Below the pieces are notes generated by a model that searched no databases, was not told the DNA's origin, and saw only the letters and a program-made list of their open reading frames with translations. Source: Podarcis gaigeae (lineage: Eukaryota). Taken from it: DNA of 64,000 nt. Below, one piece after another: positions 40,454 through 50,588 of this stretch (within the stretch, counting starts at the first letter, position 1; every line of letters begins with the position of its first letter). The DNA lies in NCBI GenBank assembly GCA_964106915.2, contig OZ066915.1; one strand, given 5' to 3'. The position numbers and the translations under genes are program-made.

Positions 40454-40752
40454 AGGATTAAACCACAGAGCCTAGGACTTGCCGATCAGAAGGTCGGGGG
40501 TTCGAATCCCTGCGACGAGGTGAGCTCCCATTGCTCAGTCCCTGCTCCTGCCAACCTAGCAGTTCGAAAGCACATCAAAGTGCAAGTAGATAAATAGGTA
40601 CCGCCCTAGCGGGAAGGTAAACGGCATTTCCGTACGCTGCTCTGGTTCGCCAGACGTGGCTTAGTCATGCTGGCCACATGACCTGGAAGCTGTACGCCGG
40701 CTCCTTTGGCCAGTAAAGCGAGATGAGCCTAATGGTCAGGGGTCCCTTTACC
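40454..40752 (+). mobile_element. Sauria-type SINE (lacertid-like), internally deleted, with target-site duplication
   Basis: B-box ggttcgaatccc, body ctgccaacctagcagttcgaaagcac, ACCTTT tail; TSD tttcacccggtat (40441-40453) / tttcacctgttat (40753-40765). Confidence 0.85.
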
Positions 40753-42631
40753 TTTCACCTGTTATCCTCACCCCCAAACAGGAGTGTTTTTGTTCAGGTT
40801 TCCTCCCTAATGGCCTCCTTAAGAATATTATTATCTGCTGCAACAAACTCAGGGTATTCTGTCCACTCCACCTACCGTGGTTTTCTGTATTTCTTTTCCA
40901 ATTGACACTCAACATTCTGTACGTACTGAGCATGCTGAAAATTCATTGGGCATATACTACTAATACCCACCTAGGAGGAATCTGGTTTGTTTGTTTTTGC
41001 ATTTAAAAGCAGCATTACAGGCAAAAGCACCTCCAACTTAGCATGAAATGAAGAAAAATAACTGTATGGAACTATTCAGGAGTCAGCAGGTGTCAAGGGT
41101 GCTCCTTAGCCAAAGGAATGCACACAGCAGATAGTGCTTTATAGTCACAGCTGACACTTACAGTAGCTTCTTGGCTCTGAATACCACACAAACATGTTTA
41201 GTATCTAGGCAGCTTTTCCCAGGTCTGTGCTCTATGGAGCAGTTGCAGTAACAGAGGGCCACTCACTCTCCACTCTCCACTAGCTTATGTGTTTTCCCCC
41301 AGTGGGCTACGCACACACAGGCAGAGGCTGTGCATGTGTGAAAGCTGCCTCTGCACTTCCCACCTCAATTCTCTCCTGGATCTAGGAGACTGTGGTGCAG
41401 GGGGGCACCCGGAAGCACCCAGCCCTTCCCTTGCTTAGCCTGTCTATTTCTCCTCTACCCTCCAGCTCTGAAGTTTCCCCTGCCTCCAACTCTTGCCTCC
41501 TGGCTGGAACAGTACCTCACAATTCACTGCCCATTCTCCAGAGTCAACTCGTCCCACTTCCCTCAGTGCACACTAGTCAGCATCCTGCCAGTCCCTGATA
41601 TTGGGTGCTGTTTCTTCTGCAGATGTCTGTACTTGTTTGGAAGATGGATCCCGAGCTCTGCTTTTTGGCAAAGGCATTCATCTTTTTTCACAAGAGTATT
41701 AGTACCTTATCTCAGGAACAAGGCAAGTCAGTATGTTTAAGTTTTCTTCCTGTATAACCAGTTTGTTTACTTAAATTCATATTATTTAAAGTTTTACATG
41801 TGCATTTTTAAAACATGGAAATAGCAGGTAAATAATACTAATAAAGATTCCTCAGCCTCAACAATGACCTTTTGTTTTATCCTTTAAACACCTACTGATT
41901 TTTCCCCCTTTGCTGCCAAGCTTCTGTAGGCGATAAAGAAGACATTGTTCTGTAGCAGTTAGTTGAGGGTCTCTTATTTTTAATGTTTTTATTGTATATA
42001 GACAGTCTAGTTGTAAACCACTTAAAATATTTTTATGATCTAAATATTTTTTATAAATAAATAACCGTACCCTACCCAACATCTATAACATATAGTTCAA
42101 CCACATATAGAGACTTCCAAGAGGGAATAAGCAAGTTCACAAGAGACAAAAAACGGGGGGAATGGAAGGAGGAAGAACAGAAGGAAAGGGAGCAAGGAAG
42201 GTGAGTTTTAATATTCCCTTGCAGATCTAGATCAAACAGTTCCAGGAACAATGGAATAGATAGATCTCACTCACCTCTCACCAGTTAATCCTATTGCAAA
42301 CCCGATTAACCATTACTGTCCATTATAAACACATTTCATTATTATTTCCAGAGAGGTGGCCACATCGGTTTCTTGCAGCAGAAACAAGAAGAGTCTTTTG
42401 GCACCTTAAGGACTAATGAAAGTATTATGCCATAAGCTTTGGTGGACTTCATCAGATACATGAAGTGCTTTCCTGAATTGCAGGTACATCAGTATATATC
42501 TCCATGTGCATATGTACCTGCAGAAACTCACAAATTAAACAGTGGATTTAAAAACCATGTTGGGGGGAATGGTTCTTTGAATTAGGCAGGACCAGGCACT
42601 CCCTGCAAGTATTCCACAAATAACTAGGTCA

Positions 42632-42972
42632 TAAAGGTTAAGGGACCCCTGACCATTAGGTCCAGTCGTGGCTGATTCTGGGGTTGCGGCGCTCATCTCG
42701 CTTTATTGGCCAAGGGAGTTGGCGTACAGCTTCTGGATCATGTGGCCAGCATGACTAAGCCACTTCTGGTGAACCAAAGCAGCGCAGGAAATGCCGTTTA
42801 CTTTCCCATTGGAGCGGTACCTATTTATCTACTTGCACTTTGACGTGCTTTCGAACTGCTAGGTTGGCAGGAGCAGGGACCGAGCAACGGGAGCTCACCC
42901 CGTTGCAGGGATTTGAACCACAAACCTTCTGATCGGCAAGTCCTAGGCTCTGTGGTTTAACCCACAGCGCCA
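42632..42972 (-). mobile_element. Sauria-type SINE
   Basis: Reverse complement of the 40454 copy, starting with the aaaggt tail. Confidence 0.85.
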
Positions 42973-43479
42973 CTCAGTATATATTCACAGGTCAATAGCG
43001 CTCACATTTTAGCAGAGCCGGTGTAAGAGAGCACTGCAATCAAATCTGTGAGATCTGGATGCTGTTGTTAGTCAAGAACTCATTGTATGTAGATAACACT
43101 GCCCCTCATACTCATTTCTACTTCTGTAAATAACAAAAAAAATCTAATTTGCAGGGTGCTTTTCATGAGAATTAAAGTGTCATATTTATTAATAGTTTGG
43201 GGGTGATGGTACAAGTAGTTTTTATTAGCCTCCCCATCTTAAGGTTGTGAGGGGGTTTTGTAGGGAGTTGGAATGGCCCAACCAAGCTAACTGTCCTCTT
43301 TCAAGCTGTGATAAAATTCACTCAGAAGCCAGAGTGAGATAGAAGCAAAAGGGCCATTTGGAAACCAATCCACTGCAGCTCTCCCTATGCTACTATAGCA
43401 GGAGCAGTGAGGTGCGACTTGGAGGGAGGGGTCTGATTTGACAGTGTTGATGCTTCCCTCCAGGTCAAGAGCAGATAGA

Positions 43480-43760
43480 AAGTGGAAACTGCTGAGTTTA
43501 GCATGCGGGGGGATTTGAGGGGCTTTATCTCAGGAATAGATTTGAGCAGCTGCTGAGCAAAGCAAGTCAGATTAAACTAAGAGGCAGGTCCTGTGGGTGT
43601 ATTGCTCCAGGCCCTTATTCACCTGTTCTCACTTCACATTGGCCAATACTGACCATCTGACCCCCACCGGGTGGCAAAGTCCTCCCACCTGCAAGGCAGA
43701 AAGTGGCTGGTGCTGGAAAGGGGCGGGAGCAGCTATCAATATTGAAACATCTCAAGGGTG
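43480..43760 (+). promoter_or_regulatory. GNAT1 proximal promoter with photoreceptor-type motifs
   Basis: MARE/NRE-like TGCTGAGTTTAGCA (43490-43503) and TGCTGAGCAAAGCA (43551-43564); K50-homeodomain (CRX/OTX2)-like AGATTA (43569-43574); palindromic ATTGGCCAAT (43638-43647); GC box GGGGCGGGA (~43720); all within 400 nt upstream of the ATG. Confidence 0.6.
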
Positions 43761-43883
43761 CAAGACTAGGAAGGTTCTGTGTGGAATACTGCTGGGCTGG
43801 ACAGAAAGGCCAAACCACAGCAGGACGTGCTGGAGGTCCCACGGAGGCTTGTCGGGATCCTCTCTTGTTGAACGAAAAGGACG

Positions 43884-43989
43884 ATGGGTGCAGGCGCCAG
43901 TGCAGAGGAAAAACACTCCCGTGAGCTGGAGAAGAAACTGAAGGAAGATGCTGAGAAGGATGCCAGGACAGTCAAGCTACTGCTTCTTG
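43884..43989 (+). CDS. GNAT1: GNAT1 exon 1
   Basis: acgATGG Kozak context; [35 protein letters not shown]; G|gtaagt. Confidence 0.97.
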
Positions 43990-44330
43990 GTAAGTCCACC
44001 CCTACAGGCAGTCACTAAGGCTTTCCCCTTCTTGTGACTTCTCCCCCTTGCCGACCCCCCTCCCAATACTCCCATTTCTTAGCACATCTGAAAGCTGGTG
44101 CTGCAGATGTTGGTGGTGAATGCATCTGTACCTTTCCAACATCAGCTATTTGGATCCTCAAATTCTGAGGAACCTGCCCAATGGCAGTGCTACAGAGCCA
44201 CCAAGGCATTATTACAACCGCTCCATCCCCCTTTTCCATCTCAGTGTGGGGCTTTGTCCAGTGGCATAGTGTTTGGTTCTTATGAGGCAAGGCAAGGCTA
44301 AGTCCAAACACAACACAGGGAAGGAGGTAG

Positions 44331-44333
<3 letters not shown>

Positions 44334-44377
<44 letters not shown>

Positions 44378-44408
44378 GTCTCCTGCCCTTAGCTGTGATG
44401 CCCTCATC

Positions 44409-44454
<46 letters not shown>
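44334..44454. repeat. Inverted microsatellite pair (CA)21.5 - 34-nt spacer - (TG)22
   Basis: CA tract 44334-44376 and TG tract 44411-44454. Confidence 0.95.
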
Positions 44455-44455
<1 letters not shown>

Positions 44456-45441
44456 CTGCATTGCTTGTTTTCTGTGAAGCATTGCAGCTAAGCTGCCCAT
44501 GGCCCAGATCATGTTATCTCTGCCATAAAGGTGAGCAGTGCTTAAAGCAATCTTAACCAAAGCCTTTGGGCCAGGTAATCCTCCACAGCTCCCTTGCTGC
44601 AGCACCAGCATAGATCCATGTCTGGAGGGAAGTTCATTATAAGGAAAGAAAGAAAAGACATGCCGTGTGAATTGGATCACTCACAGGGCCACCATGACCT
44701 CGCAGCCCAAGTCAGCAAAGCTATTACGACTGCTGTCACCATACTTGGAATAGTTATCCTCCCCCCTTCTACCATACCATGCTCTTCCCCTCCCTTCCCC
44801 AAACTTGGCATGTATCCGTCAAAGTTTGGAAAACCTAAAAGAGGTAGATAGGTAGGCTTGTCAACTGACCCCCAACCCCAGCCTGGACTGTTCCTGGGCA
44901 TTTAACTGCCCTTCAATCTGCAGTGATTGGCAATTGAAGTGCTTTTCACAGCAGTGGGGTACCTGCTGTAAGTATCTGCACATTGAGAAGCTGTTAAAGG
45001 CACAGCTACAATGGCTGGTTGGAAACTGGCATTCCTAGATGATTCAAGGCCTCTCCCTGCCTCTGGTTGTTTAATGTTGTATTCATCCCCAAAGTGTATC
45101 AAAAGCAAAACCGCTAACATCCTTCATGAAGCCATATCTTGCAGCTGCTAAGGCAAAAACTGCTAAGGAGGTTTGGATTGTGTATTCTAAACATATCCAG
45201 GACAGGCTGTGTGTCATATATAGCTCTGTCCTCCAACATTGGACAATGGCCTGGGGGTGGGCAGCAACAACCCGAGGAACTACCCCTGCTGCCCCCATCC
45301 TTCACTCAGCCTCACTCACTTCGCCTCACCATAAACCTCCCAGCAGGTCATTTCTTGTGGATTTTGTGTCATAGATGAAATTAAGTTTTTGAGTCAAATA
45401 CAGATTATAATCTCTTTTCCTTTCTATTTTTCCCTCACCAG

Positions 45442-45484
45442 GAGCTGGAGAATCAGGGAAAAGCACCATTGTCAAGCAAATGAA
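45442..45484 (+). CDS. GNAT1: GNAT1 exon 2 (P-loop)
   Basis: caccag|GA...AA|gtatgt; 43 nt; GAGESGKSTIVKQMK. Confidence 0.96.
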
Positions 45485-46157
45485 GTATGTGTGTGCATAG
45501 GCAGCTATTCCTTGCCCACTAAAATAACTCTTAAAGAGTGATAGTGAAACTGTACTAATAGGAATTCCTTAGCATACCCAATTGTATTCTCATCTGGAAG
45601 AGACTGGTAATGCAGAAGTGCAGACCGCCCCCCTTCTTACAAGGCCACTTCACATACTATGTTTTTAGGTGCACAAACATGATGATTTAAGTGAACACCT
45701 AAAAGCACAGTGTTTGTACACAACAAACATGTTTGCACATACAAGTACATCCTTCAAGGCGCGGATTACTGCTCCCTGTAAAGCGTGTACTCGTTGCCAG
45801 CAGCTGGAGGGGAATGCAGTCAAACATGCTGGGAAAGAACTGCTGGCTGGCTTTCTGCATTGTTTTTATCTCCATGGTAGGTAATTTCCTCTAAGAGTTG
45901 GGAGAGGAAGAAGGGAAAATTAGCTGGTCACCTTCCTACCCGCAGCTTTCCCTAGACCTAGAGACATTTCCTCCACACACACTGTTCCAAAGGTTTCTTT
46001 CTGGCAAAATATTCTGAAGCCATTTCTAAAATCTTTGTTCTTCATGGTGGATTTGCTTGACTCCCGTCTAACCAGACAGTACTGTTAAACTTTTCGTGGC
46101 CCTGGAGAGACCTAAGCTGGTAGAGGCCTGTCTGACACATGCAGCAGAATGAAAAAT

Positions 46158-46183
46158 TGTTGTTGTTGTTGTTGTTGTTGTTA
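46158..46183. repeat. (TTG)n microsatellite
   Basis: Direct observation. Confidence 0.9.
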
Positions 46184-46407
46184 TTAACAACCCACCCATC
46201 ACTCTAAAGTCTCAGGGCAGGTTACAGCATTAAAACACTGCAGTATAGAGTCATGTGCTGGAACGGTTCCAATGCCAAGCTAAGTGTCTGTCATCTCTGG
46301 CCTCTAACCCCATTAGCTGGCCTCTCAGCAGTTCCCTCCCTGCCCAACATCCTTTAGCACACTAGTCAAGACCTGCTGGATTGATTTTCTGCCCTTACCT
46401 TTCACAG

Positions 46408-46549
46408 AATTATCCATCAGGATGGTTACTCATTAGAGGAATGCTTGGAGTTCATCTCCATTATTTACAGCAATACCTTGCAGTCCATGTTGGCCATTGT
46501 GAGGGCCATGGGCACACTCAACATCCAGTATGGAGACTCAGCCAGGCAG
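46408..46549 (+). CDS. GNAT1: GNAT1 exon 3
   Basis: tcacag|A...CAG|gtgagt; 142 nt; [47 protein letters not shown]. Confidence 0.96.
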
Positions 46550-46588
46550 GTGAGTCACTGAGGAGTGGACTTTCTCCCAATGGGAATA

Positions 46589-46941
46589 AAAAAAGGTAAA
46601 GGACCCCTGACAGTTAAGTCTGGTCATGAACGACTCTGGGGTTGCGGCGCTCATCTCGCTTTACTGGCTGAGAGAGCCGACATTTGTCCGCATACAGTTT
46701 TTCCAGGTCATGTGGCCAGCATGACCAAGCCGCTTCTGGCAAAACCAGAGCAGTGCACGGAAACTCTGTTTACCTTCCTGCCGGAGTGGTACCTATTTAT
46801 TTACTTGCACTTTGACATGCTTTCGAACTGCTAGGTTGGCAGGAGCTGGGACTGAGCAACGGGAGCTCACCTCATCGCGGGGATTCAAACCGCCGACCTT
46901 CCGATCGGCAAGCCCTAGGCTCAGTGGTTTAACCCACAGTG
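46589..46941 (-). mobile_element. Sauria-type SINE in GNAT1 intron 3 with 13-bp TSD
   Basis: Same family; TSD cccaatgggaata (46576-46588) / cccaaagggaata (46942-46954). Confidence 0.88.
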
Positions 46942-47064
46942 CCCAAAGGGAATAGTCATCTATTAATTATTCTATTTATTGTTATCATAATCAGAGGCTG
47001 ATTTAAAGGGAAGGGCATTGGGGTGCTTTATTGCACTTAACTTTGCCTCCTTTCTCAACTGCAG

Positions 47065-47222
47065 GATGATTCCCGCAAGCTGCAGCACTTAGCAGACACC
47101 ATTGAAGAAGGCTGCATGTCGAAGGAGATGTCCGACATTATCTGCCGGCTCTGGGAGGACACCGGCATCCAAGCCTGCTTTGAGAGGGCCTCAGAGTATC
47201 AGCTGAATGACTCAGCTGGCTA
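47065..47222 (+). CDS. GNAT1: GNAT1 exon 4
   Basis: ctgcag|GAT...TA|gtagga; 158 nt; [52 protein letters not shown]. Confidence 0.96.
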
Positions 47223-48222
47223 GTAGGAACCTATTGCTTACACCCTTTGAGGCAAAGGCCCCTTGAGGCAAAGTTACCACAGGAGTGCAATTCTATTTAT
47301 TTCATTTATGAATCGCTTCCTATGAAGCATCTCAAAATGATTTCACAATGCAATAAAAACGTCAGTAAAACAACTGCATATACAAAAACAGTTAAAACAA
47401 TACACACAGAGACAAAATTTAAAATCTAATGCATATAATGACTAAGGCTTGTTTAAAAATCCTCTTAGAAGGCTTGTTGAAAGAGGAAATCATCTTCAAC
47501 AGCCACTGAAAAAGCAGCAGAGATGGCAACGACCGGGTGCACCTGGAGTCACACATCTCTTCCCACTGAACTAACATACTTGCATGTTTGGGAACTTTCT
47601 TAAGACATTTATATTTGTGCATCTCTGACCGAGAATATGCCTGCTCCATAGGCAAGCCCAGCAAGCATAGAAATCCAGGGGAGAGAACGTCCTTATGCTC
47701 AGCCACTCTTGGGCAGTCTTCACCTGCTGCAACTGGCAAGGTGCTTCCCTAAGAAGCAGAAACTTGAAAGGTAATTCAAGAAGGAAGGTTGAGATCAGGA
47801 AACTTTAGCTTTGCTGAATTTGAGCAGTACAGCAGAGTACTTAGCAGCCACCTTCCTGCTGCTGATTCTTTAAGAACAATGTTATTTTTTTCTGATATAG
47901 CCTGCCACTCACCTTGTCCAACGCACATGGCCACAGGAAACATAGGAAGCTGCCTTATACTTAAGACCATGGATCCATTTGGCTCAGTATTGCCTAGACT
48001 TTGTAATGTCAACGCTGACTTGCAGAGCCTCTTCAGGGCTTCAGGCAAGAGTCTCTTCAAGGCCTTCTTGGAGAGATGCCAGAGTATGAACCTGCCAGCA
48101 TGCAGAGCAGGTGTTCTGCCCCTGAACCCTGGTCCTTCCCCATTGTGACTGCCCACACTGAAGACCAGAGGTCTCTCAGGTCTAGTTCACATGGTAACCC
48201 TGGTACCTTTCTCTATTCACAG

Positions 48223-48351
48223 TTACCTGAGTGACCTGCCACGACTAGTGGCCCCTGGATATGTCCCCACAGAGCAGGATGTTCTCCGCTCCAGGGTTAA
48301 GACCACGGGCATAATTGAAACCCAGTTTTCCTTCAAGGACCTCCACTTCAG
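48223..48351 (+). CDS. GNAT1: GNAT1 exon 5 (switch I)
   Basis: tcacag|T...AG|gtattg; 129 nt; [42 protein letters not shown]. Confidence 0.96.
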
Positions 48352-49121
48352 GTATTGTATGACTGTGGCTGGCGGACAACCGACCAATAAGGAAGATTGC
48401 AAAAGAGGGTGGATCATGCATCTGTGGAAGCAGTTGCCATGGAGTAACTGGTGCAGCATTGTGATGAAAGGCATGAGTTTTGACTCTCCCTCCCAATCCA
48501 CCACTGGAACTCCCAATTCAGCCATGAACAGGCCGATTGGTTTTAGGCAAGCCGCTCCCTCCTGGCCTCCCCACTTCCACCTGTAGTATGATAATATTGA
48601 CCTGCTTTATAGCACTGTGCCAATGTACGGGAAAGGGCTTTGGGCAATTAGGAAAAATCATTCCATAAGTACTCTGTTTCCTTTTATGGGAAAAAGGAGA
48701 GAAAGGTACATAATTTAAATATCTTGTACCTCAGTTATTCATGTAATGGATAATCCAGCACAATCCTGATAGGTATACACAATGGTGCAGTTAGGTGATT
48801 TTAGATTTTGGGCTCAGTGGCCTTACCAGAGGGGGGTGGGGGTGGAGGTTGGGTGTCTCTTTAGATGGTCCTGTGTATTACTTCACTCAGTTCAAACTCT
48901 GTAAAGCCATCTCTGCTGTGCTTCTCCCCTCCCCCTTCTCACTCAGTCCCAGAGAAAATAAATGCTCACCCATCCAATTTGACGGTCAGCTCTTCATTCA
49001 CCTCGCTGTTAAGGACCACATTTTGGGGCCCCTATGGCTCACTGCAGACCTTTCCCCATCAATTTGCAGTAACACATTGGGGGACTGCTGGGGAAGGCTG
49101 TTCAGAAGGGGCCTGTCTTAA

Positions 49122-49277
<156 letters not shown>

Positions 49278-49329
49278 TAGACTTTGGCTGCCAGGATTTG
49301 TAAACAGGCGTGGTGGATTAGTGGCAGAG

Positions 49330-49520
49330 GTAGTGTGTGGAATGGTTACAGTGTCAGACTGGGGAGATCAGCGTTCAAATCCTCACTAAGCCATGAAGCT
49401 CACTGGGCAAGTCACTCTGCTTAACCTACCTCAAAGGGTTGTTGTGAGAATAAAATATGTTAAGGGGACGGTGCCCTACAGCTGCCATGAGCTCATAGGA
49501 GGAAACATGGTGTATAAATA
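49330..49520 (+). mobile_element. Old CORE/MIR-like SINE
   Basis: gttcaaatcc B-box, gggcaagtcact...aacctacctcaaagggttgttgtgagaataaa; reverse fragment at ~15595-15690. Confidence 0.5.
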
Positions 49521-49526
49521 AGACAT

Positions 49527-49918
49527 ACCACATTTTCCTGTTTTTTTTATTATAATTAAATCTTAAGAATTGGGGGTTGTCTTATACACGGATAGTGCAG
49601 AGGGGGCAATTAGGGGCGGCTGCGAACAGGAGATTGTCAGCGGCGATAGGTAGGGTGATTGGTGGCTGTGGCAAGGCCTGTTGGCGATTGGCTGCTGTCC
49701 CGGCAATTGGGCGGCCGATTGGCGGCTGCTGGCGGCCAGCGGCCAGATGATCAGTGGCTTCGGCGAGGTGTGTAACTGGCAGTGGTGGTCCAGCGTGTGA
49801 GCGACCCACCCCCCCGCAATAGCTCAGCAACTCTGGGCAATCCCACCCCAAAAATGCTGAACAACTCTTGGCAATTTCCCTCGATTTGGGGGTCCCAAAA
49901 AAATAGAAAAATATGGTA
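49527..49918. mobile_element. pogo/Tigger-like MITE with GC-rich interior
   Basis: Ends taccacattttcc / gaaaaatatggta; gtcttatacacgg subterminal motif; a related left end taccgtatttttc lies at ~52083. Confidence 0.55.
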
Positions 49919-50122
49919 AGTAGTGCCAAGACTGAACTGGCTGTGGCATATCATGGTGAAATGTCCTAAAGGGGATTAGGATAGTGTTACGGAATGCACC
50001 TTCTGTGCATTTAGGACACAGTTTTTGCCTACTGAAAGGCAGAGGAGCAACATTTCTGATAAAATCTGGTTTAGGACTATGGTTGAAATTGAAGGTCTTT
50101 CTAATCCTGCCTTCCCTTCCAG

Positions 50123-50276
50123 AATCGCATGCATGAGAGCCTGCACCTCTTCAACAGTATCTGCAACCACCGCTACTTTGCCACCACCTCCATTGTTCTT
50201 TTCCTCAACAAGAAAGACGTTTTCCTGGAAAAGATCAAGAAGGCACACCTCAGCATCTGCTTTCCAGATTATGATG
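50123..50276 (+). CDS. GNAT1: GNAT1 exon 7
   Basis: ttccag|AAT...GAT G|gtgagt; 154 nt; [51 protein letters not shown]. Confidence 0.96.
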
Positions 50277-50444
50277 GTGAGTTCCCTGCGTGCAACATCC
50301 ACATTGGTGTGGCTGAAACACCTTGTCGCGGGGGGGGGGGGGGGAGCACTGACATCCCCCCAGATTCTGTTGGATTCCAACTCCCATCAACCCTAGCTAG
50401 CATGGCCAGTGTTGGAGGGTTATGGGTGTTGCAGTCTAGCTCTT

Positions 50445-50588
50445 GGATAGCTCAGTTGGTTAGAGAGTGGTGCTGATAACACCAAGGTTGTTGGTTCGAT
50501 CCCCATATGGGACAGCTGCATATTCCTGCATTGCAGGGGGTTGGACTAGATGATCCTCAGGGTCCCTTTCAACTCTACGAATCTATGA
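50445..50588 (+). mobile_element. tRNA-Ile-derived SINE with CR1-type 3' tail
   Basis: Head tagctcagttggttagag.gtggtgctgataac.ccaaggt...ggttcgatcccc matches vertebrate tRNA-Ile; tail ggttggactagatgatcctcagggtccctttcaactctacgaatctatga is a CR1 3' end. Confidence 0.8.

Noticed and set aside
44015-44680. Longest ORF in the track (221 aa, minus strand)
   Set aside because: Held open by the (CA)n/(TG)n tracts (HTHT, CVCV runs), antisense in GNAT1 intron 1, no recognisable domain
49600-49810. CpG-rich island with repeated ATTGG boxes as an internal promoter
   Set aside because: It lies inside a TIR-bounded MITE-like element (49527-49918); CpG richness is better explained by a young insertion
50445-50515. 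tRNA-Ile(GAT) gene
   Set aside because: Acceptor and T stems are degraded and the sequence runs directly into a CR1-type tail, so it is a SINE head
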